This document shows positions 42,601 through 52,406 of a DNA stretch of 64,000 bases, in pieces. The position numbers and the translations under genes were made by a program. The DNA is taken from positions 315,580,001 through 315,644,000 of the forward strand of contig OZ024740.1 in NCBI GenBank assembly GCA_964016885.1, in the 5' to 3' direction. The notes under the pieces are model-generated. The model ran no database searches and had not been told where the DNA came from. It saw nothing but the letters and a program-made list of their open reading frames with translations. Positions within the stretch are counted from its first letter, which is position 1, and each line of letters begins with the position of its first letter. This stretch comes from Eledone cirrhosa. Its lineage: Eukaryota.

Positions 42601-43800
42601 TACCTACGTGTCCGTTAAAATCTCCTGCGATGATTAGGAAGTCATTGTCGTTTGTTAGAGCAGTAGTGTGCATTAGGGACTCGTAAAATCTATCCTTAAG
42701 TTCGTCTGGCAACCCCGATTGGGGTGCGTAAGCTGATATTATTGTGGTAATTGTCTTATTCAGGACTAGTCTGAGTTTAATGATTCTTGCATTTACCCTG
42801 TACACTGAGATTACTTTATCTACCCACTTATCAGCTAGTAGTATACCTACACCACCCATCCCATCGTCATTTCCAACCCAGAAAAATTTGTAGCACTGAC
42901 TTTTTCCTACAAGGACTCTAGCAGACTCTCCTCTCCATCTAGTCTCTTGCACACAGCATACATCTATTTTCTTTCGCTCTAGCATTTCTACGATTTCTCC
43001 TGCTCTACCTTTCATTGTGCTTACATTGATGGTACCAACTCGGAGTTTTGGGCATTTGTCGACATTCGTAGGGAAGGGTCGATTTTTGCAGGGGTGTGTG
43101 TGTGCTTCCTCTCTCTGGATTGGGGCTTCACGTGGGTGCTTGGTAGCTCGCGGATTCATATTCATTTCATCTATTAATTCAGAGTTGCTCCAATTTATTC
43201 TCAGCTCATCCATCCATAACGGTAGGAAAATTCAGGGCTTGAAGAACAGTGGTGGTGGTAATAATGGCAGGGTGTGTTGGGCTGGGACGGGGGAGGAGAG
43301 AGTTAGGTGGTGGTGGTAGTAGTAGTAGAAGAAATGGCATGCTGAGGTTTGATTGGTCGAATAGGCTATGGTGGTAGGAGGGAAATTGTGAGGTAGGCAG
43401 CCAGTCATGTCATCAAAATAACCTATAGAAGTGAATGCAGCATGGCAAGATAACCGATAGAAATGAATACAGCTACAATAATAATAATAGCTAGTCATGG
43501 CCTGTAGCCTTTGATGGAAAAATAGACAGATTGAGAGTCAGCATGGTAGGGGAAAATGAGGGTAACAAAATAAATGTGTTGTGGTAGCTGAAATACCTGA
43601 TAAGATTTGTATGGATGGATGGCTGGAACGTAGCTAAACAACTCTAGTGATTCATTTTAGCCTTTCAGGGTAGAGTGTGTCTTATCTCTTCAATAACTTC
43701 CAGATGAGTGAGGAGGAATGGGTGAAGAGGGAAAGGGAGGTAATAGGCGGGTTAGAGATAGATAGAGAGAGAGAGATAGAGAGAGGGTCGCCGTCAAGGC
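39653..43800 (-). mobile_element. RTE LINE family B, near full length, frameshifted
   Basis: ORFs 42389-43213 (APE: GTINV, VQETRW, SAYAPQ, AGDFNGH), 41435-41878, 40225-41361 (RT, YADD, PHD-like) and 39956-40201; (GAT)n tail at 39653; internal about 59 bp tandem duplication near 42043-42165; 5' boundary approximate. Confidence 0.94.
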
Positions 43801-43913
43801 TAACAAACTAACCGATAGAATACAGCATGGCAAAGTAGCCGATAGAATACAGCAACAATAATATTAATAATTAATAATAGCCAGTCATGGCCTGTAGCCT
43901 TTGATGGAAAAAT

Positions 43914-44890
43914 ACTCTGAGTATATAGAGGAGCCAGAACGAAATGGGAAAAAATGGTAAATAATGACACAAATGGGACCTGCCCCTTGTATAGGAGCAA
44001 ATTTTGGAGTAGAATAGAAAGAACTAGGAATAAGGTTAATAGAATAAACTCATGGTATGATAGCAATAAATACCAGAGTGTACAACCCCTAGAGGTGAAT
44101 TAGCTTACAAATTTAGAAGGGCCCTAGATAAACATAAACTCAATATTAAGATAGTAGAAAGACCAGGTACCTCCATAAAAACACTTATTAGCAATACATA
44201 CCCTTTTCAAAGACCTCCCTGTATAGATAAGAAATGTATAAACTGTAAATTAAGCCCCCATATTAACTGTAAAACTAGAAATGTAGTATATAGCATAAGA
44301 TGTACTGAAGGACAATGTAGAGACAAAAATATAGTGTAAATAGGTGAGACAGCTCGTAGTGTAGGGGAACGGATAAATGAACACTGGCGAGACCTTCAAG
44401 ATAGTAAAGAATCATCTGTACTCTACCAACATGCTAAAATAGAACATAAGGGTAAATTAGAGAACATAGAAATAAAAATAGAATCTACACACAGAAAAGA
44501 CGCAATGTTTAGACAAATCACAGAGGCAATAAACATAAATGAACTTCAACCAAAATTAAATAGAAAACATGAATGGAACAGCAACATCACAACTTACAAT
44601 TAAAGACAAAATGAAAACACACATGCACATAGAACAAACAACCAACCAGTAACATATAAATAAACAAATAGACACCCAGATGTAACATGCGCAAACTAAG
44701 CACACAACACACACAAAAACAAGATGGCGTAGGACAGAACAAAGGAGAGGCACAAAAACAAAGAAAAGAATCCCCAGTCACTGAAGAGATCACAGAATGT
44801 GTGACGAAAGAACTTTGACAATATATAAACAATCATCTGGTTGTGGAACCAACCGGAAATTTATAAATTCCTAAATTTATAAATTTATTA
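43914..44890 (+). mobile_element. Penelope-like element (Naiad-type) 3' fragment: Cys linker, GIY-YIG endonuclease, pLTR
   Basis: Manual translation with one frameshift and one stop: PLYRSKFW...ER...SWY...TPRGEL...KIVERPG...PF...CIDKKCINC...C..RNVVYSIRC...V*IGETARS..ERINEH...SVLYQH...H...RQITEAINI...LNRKHEWN. Confidence 0.85.
44777..44819 (+). ncRNA. Minimal type I hammerhead ribozyme motif (degenerate) in the PLE pLTR
   Basis: GTCA-CTGAAGA-G(A)TCACA gaatg TGTGAC-GAAA-GAAC-TT-TGAC; stems I and II pair, stem III is very weak. Confidence 0.65.
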
Positions 44891-45244
44891 TAATAAATTG
44901 AAGTGAAAGCAACTGGTGCGTGTGTTTCTTATTGGCAACATGACCCTCCCAAAGTATAACAATATCGATTTCAACACACGTTTTCAGATAAAGAATCTTG
45001 CTAAACAAATTCAGAAACGAAATATATATATATATATATATATTTCTTTAGGTTTGTTGGTTCACCACTGGATAGAACTGGTCATTCCGTATGGTCAATC
45101 CTGGTGTAATATTGTGAAGAGTACTCAACGCAGTGCAGTTCACCCATCTTCGTTTGTGTAGTTGGTGGTGCGAATACGGAGTTAATTATAAATGAAATAA
45201 AATAACAGGAGGCTGGACTGGTGTAAATCCTTGAAAGGTTTATT

Positions 45245-45302
45245 ATACTATGATCATTTCAATGACCAGGTTCCATATGAATCCGGTGATATCATCAGGT
45301 AT
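45245..45302 (-). ncRNA. Type I hammerhead-like motif (left arm, mirror copy)
   Basis: Reverse complement of 45433-45490 with one substitution in stem II. Confidence 0.62.
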
Positions 45303-45432
45303 TGGAATATAACAAAGGAATATGTAAAAAAACCATGGGTCCGAAAAATCAGAGACAGAGAGGACGACTGACCAACTAGCTTCTCAGTCAGCTGCCCTCA
45401 AAGTTTTTGACATATTCCTTTGTTATATTCCA

Positions 45433-45490
45433 ATACCTGATGATATCACCGGATTCATATGGAACCCGGTCATTGAAATGATCATAGTAT
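45433..45490 (+). ncRNA. Type I hammerhead-like motif (right arm)
   Basis: ATAC-CTGATGA-TATCACCGG..CCGGTCATT-GAAA-TGATCA-TA-GTAT; palindromic stem III ATGATCAT; U-U instead of R-Y at the base of stem II. Confidence 0.65.
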
Positions 45491-45558
45491 AATAAACCTT
45501 TCAAGGATTTACACCAGTCCAGCCTCCTGTTATTTTATTTCATTTATATATATATATA

Positions 45559-46578
45559 TCATCATCATCATCATCATCAACGTTTAACGTCCGTGTTCCA
45601 CGCTTGCATGGGTTTGGACGGGGGTAGTCCCACTTGAGGCAAGAGTGATTGTCTTGCTCGCATAGGACTGTCTGGCAGGTTTTCTACAGTTGGATGCCCT
45701 TCCTAACACCAACCACATTTACAGTGTGGGTCTGGGAGGTTTTTACCGTGTTGCCTACACAGCCACATTACAGCGTGGACTGTGTGTTTTTTTGTCGTGA
45801 CACCTACACGATCTCATTTGTTTCGGCCTGGATGGCGCGGCACCAACATAACTTTACATAGAACGGGGTGGTGTGGATGGGGTGGGGGTGGTGGCGGGAC
45901 GGGGTGTATTTTGTTAGAGATGCCTACTGGCAAGGCGGGTCTTCTCTGTTACTGAGTACCGCCAAAGGTCTCGGTCCAGTGACATTGTCTTGGAGAGGTG
46001 TAAGTGTGTGAGGTCGGAGTTTATCAGCTCATCCCATGTTTTTCTAGGTCTGCCTATTCCGTGGCTACCGTCTATCTTTATTGCCCTGCACTTTGTTATA
46101 CAGCTATCGACTTTCATGCGCATCACGTGTCCATACCAACGCAGCCTTCTCTCGAGTAAACAACATCTGATCCCTCTTATCTCTAATTTTTTCCTTAGTT
46201 CGTTTATGCTTTGCCGTTCACGTATATTACTGTTACACATCCAGCGGAGCATGCAAGCTTCGTTCCTCTCTAGTCTGCGTATATCCTCTGCACACAATGC
46301 CCAGGTCTCACTACCATGCAACATTGCTGTTCGTATGCAGGCATCGTACAACCTGCCTTTCATTTTTAGGGAGAACCCTTTAGCAGCTAATAGTGGTATA
46401 AGCTCTCTGAACTTTTTCCATCCAGTTCTGACTCTAGCTACTGTACTTTCAGAGCACCCTCCCCCACTGCTGATTTTATCGCCCAGGTAACGGAAGCTGT
46501 CCACTATTTCTATAGAACCCTCTGCGCAATTGAAAGAGCTAGTATTTTGTGGGCACTTGCTGCTACTTATTGCACCAG
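45559..46578 (-). mobile_element. RTE LINE family A, 5'-truncated
   Basis: ORF 45914-46504, complete 3' UTR and (GAT)n tail; TA runs at both junctions. Confidence 0.94.
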
Positions 46579-47155
46579 GTATATATATTTCACTGATATG
46601 GAAACCTGCAGTATCAATGTAACATATATGAACTTACTGGTATGTACTATGTTAGACGATCAACTTTGCTCTATGTTAGGTTTAATTATTAATCACTTCA
46701 TGTTCTTGTTGCTTTCTAATATTTGATCTCAAAAGGATGGTTGATAAGCAATATCAGTAGAGCGTTGGACATGCTCTGCCGTATATAGTCACATCCCTTT
46801 AAGTTCTGATTTCAAATCCCACTGAGGTTAGCTTTGCCTTTAATCTTTTTAAGGTCGATAAAATAAAATGCTAGTAACGCACTAGGGTTGATTTAATCAA
46901 CTTACCCCCCCCCCCCCCCCCAAATGTGTTGGCCTTGTGCCTAAATCAGAAACTATTATTTGATCTCAAACAAAAACAATGATTCACAGAATCATTTGAC
47001 CATCAGAAAAAAAGGCTTCATAGTGTTTGTTCTGGCTTTTTATGTTCTGAGTTAAAATCCTGCTGAGGTCCACTTTGCTTTTCATCCTTCTGGGGTTGAT
47101 AAAATAAAACACCAGTTAAGTACTGGGGGCTTTATAACTGACATTCCCCTTCCCT

Positions 47156-47394
47156 TAACCCTTTAGTTACCAGCCTAGCCAAAACTGGTTCTGGTTCTAT
47201 AAAATAAAACCACCTATTTTAAAGGTTTCCAATTTAAATTAAAAACTTCCAACATAATTTTATATAAGAACCTTACATTAAGTTACTATCTTAGTAATGA
47301 AATAATTAATAATTTTAGTAAATCCCTCAAAATTCTTCATTAATTAATTAAAATAGAGTGTATTTCATTAGAAATGTGGTCACGAAAGGGTTAA
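47156..47394. mobile_element. piggyBac-like MITE
   Basis: TTAA-CCCTTT...AAAGGG-TTAA; related copies at about 62326-62584 and 16062-16316. Confidence 0.7.
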
Positions 47395-48472
47395 ACTGCT
47401 GACCTTGTACCTATGTTAGAAAAAATACATTCCTGGAATTAGAAATAGAGATCCTGCCCAAAATGTTCTGAAGTGCCTCTGAGTACCAAATCCTAGCAAT
47501 GGGCTCACCTCCACTACTGACAGCAGTAACAAATGGCAGACTACCATGACACCTATTTGCAGTTACAGTACATACTCGAATATAAACCATAAAATTGAAA
47601 ATATGCCATCTAAACAATGTGTTGATTAGCTGACCCGACTTATGAGTGGGGTTTGGATTTTTGCCTATTTCACAGACATATAATAGGAGAGTCGATTAAT
47701 ATTCGGATCAGAGCAATGTCATCAAAATTTTTAGTCAATTACATTAACCCTATTCATATTGTAGGCGCTGCATGATCGAAAGGTTAAGGAGTTCGCTTTG
47801 CTGTCATAGTTCTCAGGTTCGATCCCACTGTGTGGCATCTTGGGGGGAAGTTTCATTTAACATAGCTTCAGGTCAACCGATGCCTTGTGAGTAAAACTGT
47901 TTAGACGGAAACTGTTTTGAAGCCCGACAGAAGGAGAGTAACTATGATTCGAAGGGCCAGCCTTATCACAAACTGTGTCATGTTCAATCTTTGCAATAAC
48001 CACGTTAAGGGTACATATGTCTGTGGAGTGCTCAGTCACTTACACACTGATTTATGATCTATGAGAAGGTTATTCTGTTGCTTGAACAACTGGAACTCAT
48101 CGTTGAAATCGACGGAGGCCCATTCCATTTTATTTACTTTATCATTCTAATAAGAGATTCTAGGCAAGTTTATCTGGGTGTAAAGGGACATAACTTGGAT
48201 ATAACACCATATTGATTTTGTAAATTGCACACAGATATGCATGAGCTGACACACACAGAAACAAACACAAACGGTGAATTAAGAACATAAAGAGATGTAG
48301 CATTTCATCCAATGCTCTACCAATTCTACTGAGCACCTCAATTTTATTAATATAACAAACCATTCTGAAAGAAAATAAATAAACCAGCATGGCCTCAGCT
48401 AGTCTGCTGGAGCAGGTAAAAAAGTAAAAGTATAAAGATTGAAAAGAGAAATTAAAGTTGGTTCAAGCTAAC

Positions 48473-48576
48473 CTGAATTCATTGTTACAAGCTTTACATA
48501 TAAATAATGCACTTCCAAATTCTACGTCTTCTGGGACAGGGTCATGCCGGACCTGGCATTTTTTACATCTTGACAC
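48473..48576 (-). CDS. SHFL: Shiftless-like exon (zinc-ribbon second half)
   Basis: CTCTTTCAAAG acceptor, GTTAGC donor, 104 nt, phase 0 to 2; VSRCKKCQVRHDPVPEDVEFGSALFICKACNNEF(R) versus recalled human [35 protein letters not shown]. Confidence 0.92.
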
Positions 48577-48732
48577 CTTTGAAAGAGAAGATATCTTTAC
48601 ATAAATATCGAATTTAAGTTTAGTATATATGAGTATACATAATCATATGTATGTGTGCATGTACACTTATTGAATATAAACATCTTTAATGATCATTTTA
48701 CACACACACACACACACACACACTCATATATA

Positions 48733-48930
48733 CAAAGGGGTACAGAAAAGTTCCTGGCTTTGGGTAAAAGAAAATACAGGAGGATCAGTTAATTATGATT
48801 TTATTCAACATATTCTCCTCTCAGATTCACACACTTATTGCAGTGGTCCTACCTCCCCTGTAGAGGTAACAGCTCTACCCTTTCCCTTTTGCAATACCTT
48901 TAAAGCCAGGAACTTTTCAGCACCTCCTCA
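48733..48930 (+). mobile_element. Mariner-derived MITE
   Basis: TIRs ...GAAAAGTTCCTGGCTTT / AAAGCCAGGAACTTTTC...; second copy in the opposite orientation at 55040-55233. Confidence 0.8.
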
Positions 48931-48991
48931 TTCATACATACATACATAGCAATATAAGTGTAAGCAAGGTTGTGTAGTTGAGAAATTTGCT

Positions 48992-49219
48992 TATAATGTG
49001 GAAAGTGATATAAGGCTAAACAAGGAAAAATGGATGGTAAGATAAAGGCAATGAAAAAGTTAGTTACCTGGTAATCTTTTGGGTTTTTTTGTTGTTTCTT
49101 TCGTCCTATTTCAGGATTTGTGTTACATATATCACTTAACTAACGTTTTCGTTACCTTCATTTTACCGTCTATTTTGCATTGTTTTAGCCTTCTTACATA
49201 TATCACTTTCCACATTATA
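48992..49219. repeat. Degenerate fold-back palindrome, about 75-83 bp arms, 70 bp spacer
   Basis: TATAATGTGGAAAGTGATATA...GTTAGTTA (48992-49066) versus TAACTAAC...TATATCACTTTCCACATTATA (49137-49219). Confidence 0.8.
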
Positions 49220-49406
49220 TATTATATGCAATGTTTCAAGTAAACTACAACATTTTATTTTATATATATATATATATACTTAGGGTAAACATTGATGCAA
49301 TTCAAATCAAGCACTCAACGTACTTATTCCACATAGGAGTGACGGAGTAAATATCGAATAAGGAAAAGCGAAGTAGTTTCAGATGTTCAAGTCCTTTAAT
49401 AATAAT

Positions 49407-49480
49407 GCTGCGATATATATTTCAATGGCGAAAGTGGCCACACTGTTCTGTGGGCCAGTCTCGCGACATCGTCAGACAGC
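49407..49480 (-). ncRNA. Type I hammerhead-like motif (left arm of giant palindrome)
   Basis: Minus strand: GCTGT-CTGACGA-long stem II-GAAA-TATATA-TC-GCAGC. Confidence 0.68.
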
Positions 49481-50580
49481 TTGTTACATAAAAAGGTTAT
49501 GTTTCCGAGGCAATCCAAATTGAATCGACATGGGAACGGACGAAGTATGTGCCTTTGGGTTTTTCATCCGTTCCCCTGTGAGTACCAATTCACCCCCACT
49601 GGTCTGCGCAGGCGCAGGTCCAGGGGGAAGTTGACCATTAGCTACCGCAGATTTAAATGAAATTCGCTTAGTCAGTTCCTTCTCTGAGCCAGACAATGAC
49701 CCATTCAAGCCTGTACCATAGTTTACTGCTACCCATCCCGTCTGTGGCAGTCAGTCGAAAGCCAGTGGAGATGGGAGAGTGTTAGTATTTACAGGTCTCT
49801 TTACTACCTCTCACAATCATGGACAGTATAACTGACCATCAACCCCTAAGAGGATATATTTAATTCTATGTATCATAGTTTCATATTGGAAGTTATAAGT
49901 GAAATTAGAACTAAAAATTACAATTTAAAATCGAAAATCCTAAATCAAGTATCAGAAATTATAAATTAAAAAATTAACAATTAGAAATTAAACAAAGATT
50001 TTTCAAGATTCTCATTTGAAAAATCTTGAAAGATTTTTCCGGATTCTCACTTGAAAAATCTTTAATTGTTTAATTTCTAATTGTTAATTTTTTAATTTAT
50101 AATTTCTGATACTTGATTTAGGATTTTCGATTTTAAATTGTAATTTTTAGTTCTCATTTCACTTATAACTTCCAATATGAAACTATGATACATAGAATTA
50201 AATATATCCTCTTAGGGGTTGATGGTCAGTTATACTGTCCATGATTGTGAGAGGTAGTAAAGAGACCTGTAAATACTAACACTCTCCCATCCCCACTGGC
50301 TTTCGGCTGACTGCCACAGACGGGATGGGTAGCAGTAAACTATGGTACAGGCTTGAATGGGTCATTGTCTGGCTGAGAGAGGGAACTGACTAAGTGAATT
50401 TCATTTAAATCTGCAGTAGCTAATGGTCAACTTCCCCCTGGACCTGCGCCTGCGCAGACCAGTGGGGGTGAATTGGTACTCACAGGGGAACGGATGAAGA
50501 ACCCAAAGGCACATATTTCGTCCGTTCCCATGTCGATTCAATTTGGATTGCCTCGGAAACATAACCTTATTATGTAACAA

Positions 50581-50654
50581 GCTGTCTGACGATGTCGCGA
50601 GACTGGCCCACATAACAGTGTGGTCACTTTCGCCATTGAAATATATATCACAGC
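50581..50654 (+). ncRNA. Type I hammerhead-like motif (right arm of giant palindrome)
   Basis: GCTGT-CTGACGA-TGTCGCGAGACTGGCCCACA..TGTGGTCACTTTCGCCATT-GAAA-TATATA-TC-ACAGC; perfect 5 bp stem I, AUC triplet, self-complementary stem III. Confidence 0.72.
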
Positions 50655-50778
50655 ATTATTATTAAAGGACTTGAACATCTGAAACTACTTCGCTTTTCCT
50701 TATTCTATCAGACCTGTATTAGCTGGCAGGAGGTCATATATTTTATCGTTCCTGGGTCGTTTAGCCCTAGGAAAGGAA

Positions 50779-50866
50779 AATGCTTCTCTGATGAGCTTTG
50801 GTTTTTCATCAGATATCTATCGGATTCTGGGGTTTTACAAAGCGAAACTGATCAGTAAGGGCCATT
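50779..50866 (+). ncRNA. Type I hammerhead ribozyme with canonical core
   Basis: AATGCTTCT-CTGATGA-GCTTTG[37 nt]CAAAGC-GAAA-CTGATCAG-TA-AGGGCCATT; G-C base of stem II, palindromic stem III ACTGATCAGT, GUA triplet (cut after 50857). Confidence 0.82.
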
Positions 50867-50954
50867 AGAAGAGGTAAATATTTATATTATATTTTTTAAT
50901 TTATTTTTAAAAATTGGTTGAATTTTACTTGTTCTGCTTATCTTAATATATATA

Positions 50955-52188
50955 TCTATGGTAGAACTAGAGAATAAATTCCAAACCTGGAAGCAGGGAC
51001 TAGAGAGAAAGGGCCTCAAAGTCAACATGACAAAGACTAAGGTCCTTGTAAGTAGACGAGAAAACAGAACCCAGATCCCCTCAGGGAAATGGCCTTGCTC
51101 AGTATGTAGGAAAGGTGTAGGTAGAAACTCCATTCTCTGCCCCAAATGCAAACAATGGGTACACAAGAGATGTAGCGGGATCTCAGGAAGCTTAATTAAG
51201 AATGTAGGATTCACATGCAGCAGCTGTGCTGAAACAGCAAGCAAACAGCCACAGGAAACAAGTACCACCAATCTCTGGGAGGGCCCTGTAGAAACAGTAG
51301 ACAGCTTCTGCTACCTAGGTGACCGAATTAGCAACGGAGGTGGGTGCTCAGAAAGTACAATAACTAGGGTAAGAACGGGATGGAAGAAGTTTAGGGAACT
51401 ACTACCACTGCTAGCTGCAAAAGGCTTCTCCCTCAGAATGAAAGGCAGACTGTATGATGCGTGTATCCGAACAGCGATGTTGCATGGTAGTGAGACCTGG
51501 GCGCTGAAGGTGGAAGACTTACGTAGATTAGAGAGAAACGAAGCCTGCATGCTCCGATGGATGTGTAACAGTAATATACGTGAACGACAAAGCATAAAGG
51601 AATTGAGAGAGAGACTGAGCATAAGAGGAATCAAATGCTGCGTGCAGGAGAGGCGGTTACGCTGGTATGGACATGTGATGCGTATGAAGGATGACAGCTG
51701 CATAAAAAGGTGCAGAGCACTAGAAGTTGATGGAAACCGCGGAGTGGGGAGACCCAAGATGACTTGGGATGAGGTGATAAAAGCCGACCTTACCCAACTA
51801 CACCTCTCAAAGTCAATGACACACGACCGTGACTTCTGGCGTCACGCAGTAATACAGGGTACCCGACCTCCCATGGGTACATGCTGAAGCATATAAACAA
51901 TATGCCCCCCCCCCTCCACCGCAAGGTGGCCGTGGAGGTGCCACGGCAAAAAAGCACCCAGCCCACACTGTAAAGTGGACGTGTAGGCGCCACGAAAAAG
52001 CACCCAGCACTCACTGTAAATGAGGTTGGTGTTAGGAAGGGCATCCAGCTGTAGAAATCAAGCCAGATCAGTTCCTGTATGAGCAAGGCATGGTCAGCCG
52101 ACCAGACACTGCCCACAACAGGACAACCCGTCTAACCCATGCTAGCGTGGAAGAACGGACGTAAAACGGTGATGATGATGATGATGAT
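50955..52188 (+). mobile_element. RTE LINE family B, 5'-truncated
   Basis: ORF 50958-51887 (PHD-like finger, C-terminal domain), full 3' UTR and (GAT)n tail; closely matches 39653-40890 in the opposite orientation. Confidence 0.95.
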
Positions 52189-52189
52189 A

Positions 52190-52406
52190 TATAACACAGT
52201 AAAGAGAGAAATACACATATATGTGTTCAAATCATAAGGATGTGAATAGTTATTATAGTCAGTTTGTATACCTTAATTTATTCTTTTAATTAATTTGTAT
52301 AAACTCTTCTATCCATAGTTAATATATTCGTCACCCTGGTGGTTTTATATATGATTTGAACACATGTGTGTGTGCGTGTGTGTATTTCTTTCTTTACTGT
52401 GTTATA
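52190..52406. repeat. Degenerate fold-back palindrome
   Basis: TATAACACAGTAAAGA.AGAAATACACA..ATGTGTTCAAATCATA versus TATGATTTGAACACAT..TGTGTATTTCT.TCTTTACTGTGTTATA. Confidence 0.8.

Larger units (their letters stand above)
45187..45548. repeat. Fold-back palindrome, 145 bp arms, 72 bp spacer
   Basis: 45187-45331 is the near-perfect reverse complement of 45404-45548. Confidence 0.95.
49356..50705. repeat. Giant fold-back palindrome, 640 bp arms, 70 bp two-hairpin spacer
   Basis: 49356-49995 is the reverse complement of 50066-50705 with roughly a dozen substitutions seen by eye. Confidence 0.97.

Noticed and set aside
44560-44760. SECIS element downstream of the Naiad-type ORF
   Set aside because: No convincing AUGA/GA quartet stem by eye and no in-frame TGA in the surviving fragment.
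47411-47617. Minus-strand ORF with splice-like sites as an SHFL exon
   Set aside because: No SHFL similarity, not required by homology, and overlaps a pogo-like TIR (CAGTACATACTCGAATATAA).
49095-49122. Minus-strand TCCTGAAATAGGAC-GAAA, resembling hammerhead stem II plus GAAA
   Set aside because: No CUGANGA box or stem I/III; at most a remnant.
49996-50065. Y-shaped apex as an endogenous parvovirus terminus or hairpin telomere
   Set aside because: The shape is reminiscent, but there is no Rep/NS1, capsid or protelomerase sequence nearby; hammerheads and TA flanks favour a PLE-related origin.
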